Positions 1-11,144 of a DNA stretch of 64,000 nucleotides are shown here, one piece after another; positions within the stretch are counted from its first letter, which is position 1, and every line of letters begins with the position of its first letter. The position numbers and the translations under genes were made by a program. Source of the stretch: Mobula hypostoma (taxonomy: Eukaryota); NCBI RefSeq assembly GCF_963921235.1, contig NC_086097.1:21950001-22014000 (forward strand), written 5' to 3'. The notes below the pieces were generated by a model that made no database searches, was not told where the DNA came from, and saw only the letters and a program-made list of their open reading frames with translations.

Positions 1-774
1 CTTCCTCGCATTCTGGAACCTCTGCCGGTATGCCTCCGGGACCAACTCATAAATTCTGAGGATGGCCTCTTTCACCACCTCATACCTCTGGGCATCTTCC
101 GCGAACAAAGCTGAGTAAGCTTGTTGGGCTTTCCCTTTCAGTACACTCTGAAGTAAAACAACCCACTTATCCCTCGGCCAGTCCTGACTTATAGCCACTT
201 TTTCGAAGTGGAGGAAGTACCGATCCACGTCGGTATTGTCAAATGGGGGAACCAGCCTAACCTCCTGGGTCGCCCGGAACCCTCCACCTTGGTTCGGCAC
301 GAGCCCCTGCTCGGCCCTTATCTTTAACTTCTCCAGCTCAAATTCCCTTTCCCTCTGTTTCCCTCTCTCTTCTCGCTCCCATTGCCTCTCTTTCTCCTCT
401 CTCTCTAACTGTCTCTCTCTCTCTTTCTCTTCTCTCTCCAACTGTCTTTCTCTCTCTTGCCTTTCTAACTCTCTCTCCTTCTCTTCGTGTTCTAACTGCC
501 GTACCCGGAACTCGTGCTCGAGTCTCAGTTTTTCAAGCTGTACCTGTACCGCGTCTCCAGCAGGTTTTTCAATATACACCACCCCCAGCTCACCTTGGGG
601 AAACACACCTTTAGATACATAGTGCTCTACAATAGCTCTGTGTATCTCCTCTCTCCTCATTGTCGACTTCACCTTAGCAAGATTCAACTGTTTGGCCACA
701 GCTATCAATTCCGATTTCCTGGCATCCTCTAATGCCTCCAAGGTCAGCGCCTTTATAAATTCCTCAGCCTCCAT
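1..774 (-). CDS. Gypsy (Gmr1-like) retrotransposon gag, N-terminal 258 codons, open off the window edge
   Basis: ATG at 774 (minus). Manual translation shows no stop to position 1: MEAEEFIKALTLEALEDARKSELIAVAKQL...E/R/K/Q-rich coiled coil...LVPPFDNTDVDRYFLHFEKVA...W..LLQSVLKGKAQQAYS...YEVVKEAILRIYELVPEAYRQRF. This is the capsid/SCAN-like signature. It is missing from the ORF track because its stop lies outside the window. Confidence 0.9.
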   Translation of the reverse strand, partial: MEAEEFIKALTLEALEDARKSELIAVAKQLNLAKVKSTMRREEIHRAIVEHYVSKGVFPQGELGVVYIEKPAGDAVQVQLEKLRLEHEFRVRQLEHEEKERELERQERERQLEREEKERERQLEREEKERQWEREERGKQREREFELEKLKIRAEQGLVPNQGGGFRATQEVRLVPPFDNTDVDRYFLHFEKVAISQDWPRDKWVVLLQSVLKGKAQQAYSALFAEDAQRYEVVKEAILRIYELVPEAYRQRFQNARK

Positions 775-850
775 TTCTGCTGTTTGTCTTTTCTTTCTTT
801 CAGGAATTTTAACCCAATCAATTTACTCCGTCCCAAATTTAGCATTCAAA

Positions 851-868
851 ATCCCGGACGAGCCCCCA
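851..868 (-). promoter_or_regulatory. Primer binding site complementary to tRNA-Pro 3' end
   Basis: Minus strand reads TGGGGGCTCGTCCGGGAT, the canonical 18-nt tRNA-Pro PBS, 4 nt downstream of the LTR end. Confidence 0.93.
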
Positions 869-872
869 CTTA

Positions 873-1736
873 TGTTACGTACCCCGTAACTGGGTTGCCA
901 AACAAGCAGAAATTGATCACTCGGTTGGACTCTGGAGTACTAGAACTAAGAAAGTTTTATTTAAGAAACAAGCAACACAGTAATCGAAAGGATAATAAAT
1001 GCAACAGTTCAGCGATGATAAACACACATGTGCACAGAATTAAGATAACAGCATCAATCAAGCTCTATCGTTGTCTAGGGGTAAATGACCAAATTTCAAA
1101 GTGACTCAAAGTTCAGTCCAGTTTAGTAGTTCAGTTCGCAGTAATCATTGCCATGGCGATGGACAACGTGGGGGGAGAGAGAGAGAGAACAGGAACAACT
1201 AATCATTCAGACACTGCTTCACTCACAGACCGGCGAGATGGCTCACAAGCAGCTTTTGGGCAGGTCCTTGGTGATGTCACCTGAGGTCACCGACTGTGAC
1301 CCCTCCTCCAGATGCGGTCGATCCTCTGCAGTGAACCCGGCACCCAGGCAAGGGCGGACACACACCGGGTTCCCGCTGATCGTACCTTTCCACCCTGTGC
1401 GTTGTCCGATACTTCTCACCAACTCGTGAGAGGCGTACCGCTTCCAGGGTCTCGTTACCTCGGGTGGCGTGTGTGTGCTTGCCTTAGCGAACCGGTCCCT
1501 TTTTATCCCCCTGCTGGGGTATCGCCTGTCCATCACTTCAAACAGTTCAAGGTTCAAAGGGGGGAGCCGCTCCAGACAGCTCTCTCTCCCACGTCCCTTC
1601 ATTACACATCTCCAGACGCTGCTCCATTGTTCCTTATCTCTCCTTCCCCTGAGGGCAGGTGGCAGACCACTTGCTGATGTCACTGATGCTAACCCAGGCC
1701 AGCAAACATCTTAATTTTATGTGTATTCTCGTCACA
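873..1736 (-). mobile_element. 5' LTR (864 bp) of the Gypsy element
   Basis: Minus strand begins TGTGACG and ends CGTAACA (imperfect terminal inverted repeat). AATAAA on minus at 956-961. Abuts the PBS and interrupts a CR1 at 1737. Confidence 0.9.
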
Positions 1737-2205
1737 CCTTAAAGCCATGTCCTCTTCTATTGAGCAGTGGTGCCCTGGGGAAGAGGCACTGGCTATCCAC
1801 TCTATCTATTCCTCTTATTATCTTGTACACCTCTATCATGTCTCCTCTCATCCTCCTTCTCTCCAAAGAGTAAAGCCCTAGCTCCCTTAATCTCTGATCA
1901 TAATGCATACTTTTTAAACCAGGCAGCATCCTGGTAAATCTCCTCTGTACCCTTTCTAATGCTTCCACATCCTACCTATAGTGAGGTGACCAGAACTGGA
2001 CACAGTACTCCAAGTGTGGCCTAACCAGAGTTTTATAGAGCTGCATCATTACATCGCGACTCTTAAACTCTATCCCTCGACTTATGAAAGCTAACACCCC
2101 ATAAGCTTTCTTAACTACCCTATCCACCTGTGAGGCAACTTTCAGGGATCTGTGGACATGTACCCTGAGATCTCTCTGCTCCTCCACACTACCAAGTATC
2201 CTGCC
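1737..2205 (-). mobile_element. CR1 LINE ORF2 C-terminal fragment
   Basis: ORFs with LYKTLVRPHLEYCVQFWSPHY and LERVQRRFTRMLPG...RGDMIEVYKI. Confidence 0.9.
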
Positions 2206-2489
2206 AGAAATAATAGTTGAGACGGGTACATTCAAAACATTTAAAATCCATCAAGATAAGTAGATAGATAGATAGGAGGGTCTAGACGGCCATGGGTCAA
2301 GTGTGGGAGAATCTGACTAGCTCGCTGGGCAATATGGTCTGCATGGATAATTTAGGCTGAAGTGCCTGTTTACATGCAGTCTGGTCCTATAACTCCAATA
2401 ACTACTGCTTGTTCTAAATGCTGTGACATTACGTAGCAATATATTGTTTTGTTATGGAACGATGAGGTGGATAGTAATATCATACCATG

Positions 2490-2815
2490 AGACCATAAGA
2501 TATCAGAGCAGAATTAGGCCAGTTGGCCCTTCAAGTCTTCTCATCATGGCTGATCCAATTTTCCTCAACCCCAATCTCCTGGCTTCTCCCCATATCCTTT
2601 CATGCCCTGATGAATCAAGAATTTATCAACCATTGCCTTAAATATGCATAAAGACTTGGATTCCACAGCTACTTGTGGCAAAGAATTCCACAGATTCACC
2701 ACTCTCTGGCTAAAGAAACTTCTCCTCATTTCGGTTCTAAAAGGACATACCTCTATTCTGAAGCTGTGGTCTTGCACTCTCCCACCAAAGGAAACATCCT
2801 CTCCATATCCTTTGC
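2490..2815 (-). mobile_element. CR1 3' end fragment
   Basis: FRTEMRRSFFSQRVVNLWNSLP and the same 3' tail seen in other copies here. Confidence 0.85.
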
Positions 2816-2819
2816 ATCA

Positions 2820-3640
2820 TCAGTGGGACAGGAGAGGTTCCGGAGGATTGGAGAGTTGCAGATGTTGTTCCTTTATTCAAGAAAGGGAGTAGAGATAGCC
2901 CAGGAAATTATAGACCAGTGAGTCTTATCTCAGTGGTTGGTAAGTTGATGGAGAAGATCCTGAGAAACAGGATTTATGAACATTTGGAGAAGTATAATAT
3001 GATTGGAGTAGTCAGCATGGCTTTGTCAAGGGCAGGTCATGCCTTACAAGCCTGATTGAGTTTTTTGAGGATGTGACTAAACACATTGATGAAGGAAGAG
3101 CAGTAGATGTAGCGTATATGGATTTCAGCAAGGCATTTAATAAGGTACCCCATGCAAGGCTTATTGAGAAAGTAAGGAGGCATGGGATCCAAGGGAACAT
3201 TGCTTTGTGGATCCAGAAATAGCTTGCCACAGAAGGCAAAGAGTGGTTGTAGATGGGTCATAATCTGCATGGAGGTCGGTCACCAGTGGTGTGCCTCAGG
3301 GATCTGTACTGGGACCCTTACTCTTTGTGATTTTTATAAATGACCTGGATGAGGAAGTGGAGGGATGGGTTAGTAAATTTGCTGATGACACAAAGTTTGG
3401 TGGTGTTGTGGATAGTGTGGAGGGCTGTCAGAGGTTACAGCGGTACATTGATAGGATGCAAAACTGGGCTGAGAAGTTGCAGAAGGAGTTCAACTCAGAT
3501 AAGTGTGAAGTGGTTCATTTTGGTAGGTCAAATATGATGGCAGAATATAGTATTAATGGTACGACTCTTGGCAGTGTGGAGGATCAGCAGGATCTTGGGG
3601 TCCGAGTCCATAGGCTGCTTAAGGCAGCTGCACGGGTTGA
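2820..3640 (+). mobile_element. CR1 LINE RT fragment, disrupted
   Basis: GNYRPVSL, YMDFSKAF, VPQGSVLGPLLFVIFINDLD, SKFADDTK; contains stops and frameshifts. Confidence 0.9.
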
Positions 3641-3726
3641 CCCCATTACCACTCTGCCATGGACGGTTCCAAGCCCGGCTGTGAAAGGAGGAGGGTTGGG
3701 CATGGGGCTAGTGACCCCATCCCAAT

Positions 3727-3831
3727 GCTGACTATTTCCTCTTTTCGTAGATGCTGCCTGGCCTGCTGAGTTCCTCCAGCATTTTGTGTGTGTTACTCAG
3801 ATTTCCAGCATCTGCAGATTTTCTCTTGTTC
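3727..3831 (+). mobile_element. Penelope-like terminal repeat (pLTR) 3' fragment
   Basis: gatgctgcctggcctgctgagttcctccagcattttgtgtgtg...ccagcatctgcaga, the sequence that follows the GIY-YIG/hammerhead region in PLE copies at 9060 and 14297. Confidence 0.75.
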
Positions 3832-4227
3832 AAGAGCATCCCCTTCCCTTCAACCATTCAGTTCCTGACCCAACCTGCACAACCTGAATTACTACCTCAG
3901 AGGAGTAACACTGCAGGGAAAAAAGAAATACAATAGAATTGTACGAAAACTCTCCATAAACCAAGGCTGACACACACCAATGATCAAAAGAAGACAAACT
4001 GTGTAAATAAAAGTAATACTGAGATCATGAGTTATAAAGAGTCCTGGAAAGTGAGCCTGCAGGTTGGAGATTCAGTTTGAAGTAGTGCTGATTGAAGTTA
4101 TGTTAGTTCAGGAGCCTGATGGTCGTAGGGTAATAACTGTTCCTGAACATAATGGTGTGGGACCTAAGGCTTTTGAACCTCCTTGCCAATGGTAATAACG
4201 AGAAGAGGGTATGGCTTGGATGGTGAG

Positions 4228-4310
4228 CAGGGGTTCCCAACATGGGGCCCACGGACCCTTTGCTTAATGGTATTGGTCGATGGTGTTAAAAAAAAGGTTG
4301 GGACCCTGTG
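4228..4310. mobile_element. hAT-type MITE, 83 bp
   Basis: Ends CAGGGGTTCCCAAC / GTTGGGACCCTGTG with an 8-bp TSD ATGGTGAG / ATGATGAG. A partial second copy lies at about 15893-15927. Confidence 0.75.
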
Positions 4311-4944
4311 ATGATGAGAATCTTTGATGATTTGATTTGATCTATTGGCTAGGCAGGTTTACCTGCACTCCCATGTCTAGGAGTGCTTTAATGTAAGGAA
4401 ACTCTCCACATTTCATTTCAACTGGCAAAAAGCTTTTTTGTTCCTTCCTACTGCTTTGTTCTGCTCAGTGGCGGAGATAAAAAAGAAGCCCTTTCATTCG
4501 TAGTAATCACAGGGGGATAGCAGAACCTGACAGCATTTCTCTCATCAGTTCAATCTGACCTCGGGATATCTCCATGATGTCTGTGTGGGTGGGTTTACAT
4601 ATAATATGTGGATTTTGTCTAAAGTGGATATGTGTGATTGTGTGCACAATTGTCTGTGTATTTGAACATATGCACACGTATTTTGTGTACTTAGAGAACA
4701 ATGCAACAGGCGCAGTGAGTATCAGATCTTAGTCTCAACATTTACTAGAAATCCCCATGAGCACCTTAATCCAGTGCGTAACCAGAAGCCGTTCCAGCCT
4801 CTTATGTACAGGTATTGCAAAACATTGGTCTGTGGTGTGAGTGAGATGCTCGTGGCGTAAAATTATCAACTTCATCTTTAGGATCTGTCGTTTACAGTCC
4901 TTGAAGGTCAAAGAAACCACACACGCTGGAAATCTGAAACAAGG

Positions 4945-5600
4945 CGGTGAGGCAGTGCTGAGGGAAGGGCAGTGTTAAAGGATAGCTCTGGTGGGGGTGG
5001 GGGGTAATACCCTAGGAGGGAAGGGCAATGTTGACTGAGGGGCGATGGTGAGGTAGGGATCAGTGCTGAGGGAGGAAGGGGTAGTTTTAAGGGAATGGCA
5101 GTGGTGAGGGAGGAAGGTGTACTACATTGGGAAGGAGGAGGCAGTTCTGAAGGAAGCAGAGGCGGTATTGAGGGAGGAGGCCATGCTGAGGGAGGGGCAG
5201 TACTGAGGGAGGAAGTAGCGTTGAGAAAGGGGCAGTGCTGAGGGAGGAAGGGGTAGTACATTGGGAAGGAGGAGGCAGTGATGAAGGAGGGGCAATGCTG
5301 AGGGAGGAAGGGGTGGTGTTGGGGAAGGGGCAGTGCTGAGGAGGAAGGGGAGTACATTGGGAAGGAGTGGGTAGTGCTGAGGGAAGCAGGGGCAGTTGAG
5401 GGAGGGGCAGTACTGAGGGAGGAAGGAGGCAGTGTTGAGAGAGGGCAGTACTGAGGGAGGAAGGAGGCAGTGTTGAGAGAGGGAGGGGTGGTGCTGAGAG
5501 ATGAGGTGATGCTGATGGAGGGAGGGGAAGAGCTGAGGGAGTAGGGGCAGTTCTGATGGAGGAGGGGCCAGTGCTGATAGAGCAGCATTGCAGTGTTTGC
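4945..5600 (+). repeat. Purine-rich minisatellite, about 17-22 nt unit (GGCAGTGCTGAGGGAGGAAGG-like)
   Basis: Dozens of degenerate tandem units; they produce the spurious P/S/L-rich ORFs. Confidence 0.9.
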
Positions 5601-5906
5601 TATGGCCACTGATTTGAGATGCTGCCACTGGGTCCCGATGCTCTTGGAGATGTTATCGAAATTCTGAGATTTATGGATTGGACTGTAGTTCAAACTAACT
5701 GTGGTTCATATTGGCCTCTTTCAGTTCTATGTCTTATCGTGTTGTTGCCCATTCTTCCTTGTTGCGGACTGGCGGGTTTGGGTTTGGGTGATCTGTTAGT
5801 TTCTGTGCAAGGGAGGGGTTGGGGGTGTTTGGGGTTTGTGAGTTTTTGTTTCTTTTTGTTTTTGTGTTTGGGAGGGGATTGATGTCTTTCTTTCAACTAC
5901 TTATAG

Positions 5907-6640
5907 CAGTGGTTCCCAACCTCCGGGCCGTGGACCGATACAAGTTTCCCCCGCCATCCAAAGGTAGAGCATTCCTATGAAACAGTTCGTAAGCCGAAAT
6001 GTCGTAAAGCGAAGAAGCAATTACCATTTATTTATATGGGAAAATTCTGTGAGCGTTCGCAGACCTAAAGATAACCTACCAAATCATGCCAAATAACTCA
6101 TAAAACCTAAAATAACAGTAACATATAGTAAAAGCAGGAATGATATGATAAATACACAGCCTATATAAAGTAGAAATACTTTTCCACAATCATTGCCGGC
6201 ACAGATCTCCGTAGCGAAAATCTCATGCAAGCGCCGTTGGCAGAAAATCTCACGCAAGCACTGTTGGCAAAAACACGACGCAAGTGCTCTCCAGTAACCT
6301 TTAAGCTATGAAGCTGCCAAATCATACCAAATAACACGTAAAAATACACAGCCGATATAAAGTAGAAATAATGTATGTACAGTGTAGTATCACTTATGGG
6401 AATCGGGAAGACAGCGAGCACACTGATGCTGGTGTGTTAGACTTAGTCGTCGCAGGCTGGGGTGGTGCAGTGGCCCCCACCCTCCAGGCCACTGAGCGAT
6501 ACATTGCCGCGAAGAACGCAAGGGTCCAGCGGTAGCCAGGAGGCACACAGCAACACCTTTAAGAAAAAAGCCGAAACAAACATGCTAATTAATTAGGTGC
6601 CGCCCGTAATTGTCAGCCCAGATCAGTGCCGATTTCCGAT
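5907..6640. mobile_element. Composite DNA-transposon remnant: hAT-like end, then a Tigger/pogo-like segment containing a second hAT-like end
   Basis: CAGTGGTTCCCAAC at 5907; TA|CAAGTTTCCCCCGC at 5939-5954; internal duplications; diverged copy of 5907-5941 at about 6468-6502. Confidence 0.55.
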
Positions 6641-6749
6641 TCCTTCCATCATTCTGAGTGTGTTTCCCTCTGTGTGTTTCTGCATTTCACAGTGTGTTTC
6701 GATGCTTCAATTTACATGTGACAAATAAGGTTAAACTTTTTCTTTTGGC

Positions 6750-7050
6750 GTGTGCCTGCGTGCGTGCGAGTCTGTGCATGTCCGTGCGTGCACGTCTGTG
6801 CGTGCGTCTGTGATGATATCTTTTTCGTGGCTTTTTACAAGGCGCGGAGCGAGAGAGAGACTGTGTGGTACGCCACCCCTACACAGACATTTTCACAGTA
6901 TTTTTCCCTTTATTTTTACGAGGTCGAGTTGCGATCTCGACACTCAACCCGGCACAGATGGAAAGCGTACTCGGGAGTAGACCTGACTAGTTTCGAACCC
7001 CGGAACCTCAGCTCCCGGGTCCGGCGCCAATGTCGTTGTGCCACCAGCCA
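6750..7050 (-). mobile_element. tRNA-derived SINE with (GCAC)n-like tail
   Basis: Minus-strand head GCTGGTGGCACAACG...GGGGTTCGAAAC (A-box and B-box like); simple-repeat tail at 6750-6810. Confidence 0.7.
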
Positions 7051-7439
7051 ACCCATAAATAAAGTTAATCTTTAACATCAGGGGTTTCCTTTGGCTACTC
7101 CAGTCTGTTCCCACATCTCAAATATGTGTAGTTTCATTGGTTAATTGGTCATCGTAAATTGCTTGTTGTATTCTTTGTTGTTCTGCCGGACATTGTGGAC
7201 ATGCTCTGTTGACATCAGAATGTGCAGCGACAAATGTGTGTACACTGTCACAAAAACAACAAATTTCACTACAATTTCAGTGATAGTAAACCCGGCTCTG
7301 ATTTTGATTTGGGGATTCAACGGTTTGATGTTTAATGTTCTGCGTGTAATTTGTTCACTTTTTGTTGATTGCGTGATTTGTTCTTTTTTTTGCATGTTGG
7401 ATGGATTTGTTGTGTAAGACTTTTATTTATTTTTGTTTT

Positions 7440-8085
7440 ATTGAGATTAGATTATGAGAACACTCACTCCTCGTTTATTGTCATTTAGAAATGCATGCAT
7501 TAAGAAATGATACAATGTTCCTCCAAAGTGATATCACAAGAAAACACAGGACAAACCAAGACTAAAACTGACAAAACCACATAATTATAACATGTAGTTA
7601 CAGCAGTGCAAAGCAATACCATAATTTGATAAAGAGCAGACCATGGGCACGGTAAAAAAAAGTCTCAAAGTTCCGATTGACTCCCAATAGTCCCGATAGC
7701 AGGCGGCAAAAGGGAGAAACTCTCCCTGCCATAAACCTCCTGGCGCTGACAACTGCCGATGCATTCAAAGCACCCGACCACAGCTGACTCTGACCGCGTC
7801 TGAAAACTTCGAGCCTCCGACCAGCCCCTCCGATACAGCCTCCCGAGCACCATCTCTGCCGAGTGCTTCGACCCCACCCCGGCCGCCGAGCAACAAGCAA
7901 AGCCGAGGACTCGGAGCCTTCCCCGCCGGAGATTCTGGATCACACAGTAACAGCTACAGCGAAGAAGGCATTTCAGAAGTTTCTCCATCAAATCAGGATT
8001 GTGCATGGCACCCTACTTGATAAATAACAGATATCATTCACCGGAGTGGCTGCTGCGCGCTGTGTCGCGCCGCCATCTTCTCCTC
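7440..8085 (-). mobile_element. Unclassified non-coding retroposon-like repeat with (CTAAT)n tail
   Basis: 5' end AAGATGGCGGCGCG, CpG-rich body, AATAAA before the tail. A second truncated copy lies at 56247-56590. Confidence 0.65.
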
Positions 8086-8277
8086 TCCTACAGCATAGAG
8101 TAGGGACTTTGGTCCCTTTGAGCCGCACTGCCCAGCAATCCTTGATTTAATCCCAGCCTAATCATGAGACAATTTACACTGTTTTTGGACTGTGAGAGGA
8201 AACCAGAGCACCTGGAGGAAACCCACACAGTTACAGGGAGAGATTACTAACTGGCAACAGTGGGAATTATGCTCTGC

Positions 8278-9110
8278 GGGTCTCGGCCTGAAACGTCCAC
8301 TGTACTCTTTTCCATAGATGCTGCTGGGTCCCTCCAGCATTTTGTGTGCGTTTCTTTATTTTGTGGCTGCCTGCAAAAAGAGGAATCTCACCTGCTCCAA
8401 CACCTCCTCCCTCACTACCATCCAGGCCCCCAAACAGTCCTTCCACGTGAGGCAACACTTCACCTGTGAGTCCGTTGGGGTCATTGACTGTATCCAGTGC
8501 TCCCAGTGTGGCCTCTTGGTGAGACCCAATGCACCTACACTCCATCAGCTGGAAAAAAGCAGGATCTCCCAGTGGCCACCCATCTTAATTCCACTTCCCA
8601 TTCCCATTCCGACATGCCAGTCCATGGCCTCCTGTACCAAAATGATGAGGCCACACTCAGGTTACCCTATTTTCCGTTTGGGCAGCCTCCAACCTGATGG
8701 CATGAACATTGATTTCTCAAATCTCCAGTAATGCCACCCCCACTTCACCATTCCCCATCCCCTTTTCCTTCTCTCACTTTATCTCCTTATTTGCCCATCA
8801 CCTCCCTCTGATGCTCCTCCCCCTTTTTCTTTCTTCCATGGCCTTCTGACCTCTCCGATCAGATGCCCCCCTTCTCCAGCCCTGTATCTCTTTCACCAAT
8901 CAACTTCCCAGCTCTTTACTTCACCTCTCCCCCCATCCTCCCGGTTTCACCTATCACCTTGTGTTTCTTCCTCCCCTCCCCCCACCATCTTCCTCTGACT
9001 CCTCATGTTTTTTTCTCGATGAAGAGTCCCAGCCCAAAACGCCGACTGTACCCTTTTCTATAGATGCTGCCTGGCCTGCTGAATTCCTCCAGCAATTCGT
9101 GTGTGTCTCA
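8278..9110 (+). mobile_element. Penelope-like element 3' part with GIY-YIG endonuclease remnant, flanked by pLTR copies
   Basis: TIQAPKQSFHVRQHFTCESVGVIDCIQCSQCG...PVATHLN...FRLGSLQPDGMNIDF, then a pyrimidine-rich UTR. pLTR pieces at 8278-8352 and 9017-9110 are in direct orientation. Confidence 0.85.
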
Positions 9111-10006
9111 AAATTGTACACTATATACATACTTTGATAATAAATGTACATTGAATTTTGATTCTTATTAAGAGTAACCCCTGTCAGAAGTCCATTTCAT
9201 TTGCAGCATATCAATGTGTTTCACAGAAGTGTTGTCAAAGATAAGTCCATGGCACAATCAAAAGGATATACAAACGTTTGTATTAATGCAAATGATCATA
9301 CTCTAGGTCAGAGCGGCAGGTTGTACCGAGAGTCTTAGAGGAAAGAGGGGGAGAGAATGTGGAGAGTTTTGGGGATGAATTTTCTGAGCCCTGAATTTTC
9401 AGCAGCTGAAGACTCAACTACCGGTGATGGAGCAGCAAAGGTCAGAGATGTATGGAACGAGTTCGTGCTGAGATCGAATCGCATTCTGATGGCACCATTC
9501 TAATACAACAGAAATATCGATGTAGAATGATTGATTTTCTCGTAAATTATTTGAGCAGGTTAAGCAGTAGCCATATGTCTGAAGAGAAATATAATTAGTT
9601 CATAGAACAATAATCCAATAAGATAAACCTGTAGTGCAATCTCCAAATTTATTGTTATAGTCGTAATTTGAGACATGATGCCAAATACTATAAAGTTTGA
9701 ACAAAAAGAATAACCTCTGGAATATCCAGTTACCTTTGATTAATATAGAAAGTAATTTACCTAGCGCTACTCACTGTGTTTGGAGCCTCATAAATATTAA
9801 TGAATAGAAGCCATTTTAGTACTGTACGCGAGATAATAGCATGTAACAAACCCAGAGACAGGAATACAGTTCCCAGACACAAAATCATCTAGTATCAGGC
9901 AGCCAACTGCTTCCAATCAATAGTTTTGATAGATCAGTTAGAAATAAATTAGGTTCCACTCAATGTAAATCTCACCTTGCAAATATTATGCTGCATGTTT
10001 CCTCTG

Positions 10007-10008
<2 letters not shown>

Positions 10009-10062
<54 letters not shown>
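10009..10062. repeat. (GT)27 microsatellite
   Basis: Directly visible. Confidence 0.98.
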
Positions 10063-10064
<2 letters not shown>

Positions 10065-10515
10065 CTAAGAAGTTCATCTGTGGTATCGTATCCCAGCTCC
10101 TGGAGAGTTTTTGACCTCTGGCAAATTCTCCAAGGCCTGCTTTACACAAAATCAAAATCGGTTTATTATCGCTGGCATGCACTTCACGGCCACTTTATTA
10201 GACACACCTGTACACCTGCTCATTAATGAAGATATCTAATCAGCCGATCATGTGGCATAAAAGCATGCAGGCATGGTGAAGAGGTTCAGTTGTTGTGCAG
10301 ATCAAGCATCAGAATGGGGAAGAAATGTAATCTAAGTGACTTTGAATGTGGAACAATTGTTGGTGCCAGATGGAGTAGTTTGGGTATTTCAGAAGCGTCC
10401 TCTGGAGTTAATAGAAAATGATGTGAGAAACAAAAAAACACATTCAGCGGTTTCTGTGGGCGAAAATGCCTTGTTAGTGAGAGAGGTCAGAGGAGAATGG
10501 CCAATAGTTTAAGCT

Positions 10516-10763
10516 TTCAGTACCCTGGATGAACTCAGCAGGTCGGGCAGCATCAGTCAGAAACGATGAGTCGACGTTTCAGGCCAGAACCCTTCGTCAG
10601 GACTGAAGAATGAAAGATGGGGAAGGATTTGAAGAATGCTTGTAGCGTCAGTTGATAGACCAGTAATTTGAAAGACAAAGGGGTGGGGGAGGGGAAGCAT
10701 TGACGTCATAGCCCTGAAAACAATGGGTGGTGGAAGAAGGAGGCGGAACCATGAGGGAGCTGC
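10516..10763 (-). mobile_element. PLE 3' fragment with hammerhead motif, inserted in the Tc1
   Basis: 7-bp TSD TTAAGCT at 10509-10515 and 10764-10770; pLTR sequence on the minus strand. Confidence 0.75.
10569..10604 (-). ncRNA. Minimal type-I hammerhead ribozyme motif (intact core)
   Basis: Minus: AGTC-CTGACGA-A-GGGT TCTG GCCT-GAAAC-GTC-GACT. Confidence 0.75.
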
Positions 10764-11144
10764 TTAAGCTGACAAGAAGGTGTCAGTATCTCAAATAACC
10801 ATGCATCATAACAGTATCGTGCAGGAGCATATCTGAATGCATAACACGTCGAACCTTGAAGAGGAAGGGCTACAGCAGCAGCAGACCATGAACATACACT
10901 CAGTCACCACTTTGTTAGGTACAGGAGGTACGTACCTAATATCTCAGTGTATGCCATGAAATCTGTTGCTTCATGGCGGCTGCACAGTTCAAGGCAGAAA
11001 AATTACCATAAGTTACATAAATAAATGAATGAATCATGGCATTGTTCTTTTGTGGTAGCATAACAGAACAGACATAAAATGACAATAAAATATGAAATTA
11101 TGTAAACGGTACAAAGAGGAACAATGAGGTGGTGTACATGGGTT

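Larger units (their letters stand above)
10180..10951 (+). mobile_element. Tc1-like transposon remnant, interrupted by a PLE fragment
   Basis: ATG 10314: MGKKCNLSDFECGTIVGARWSSLGISE resembles a Tc1 transposase N-terminus. TIR-like ccactttattag at about 10190 and ccactttgttag at about 10907. Confidence 0.75.

Noticed and set aside
236..622. 128-aa Ser/Leu-rich plus-strand ORF
   Set aside because: Antisense shadow of the gag frame.
4908..5693. 261-aa and 168-aa ORFs on minus
   Set aside because: Low-complexity translations of the minisatellite.
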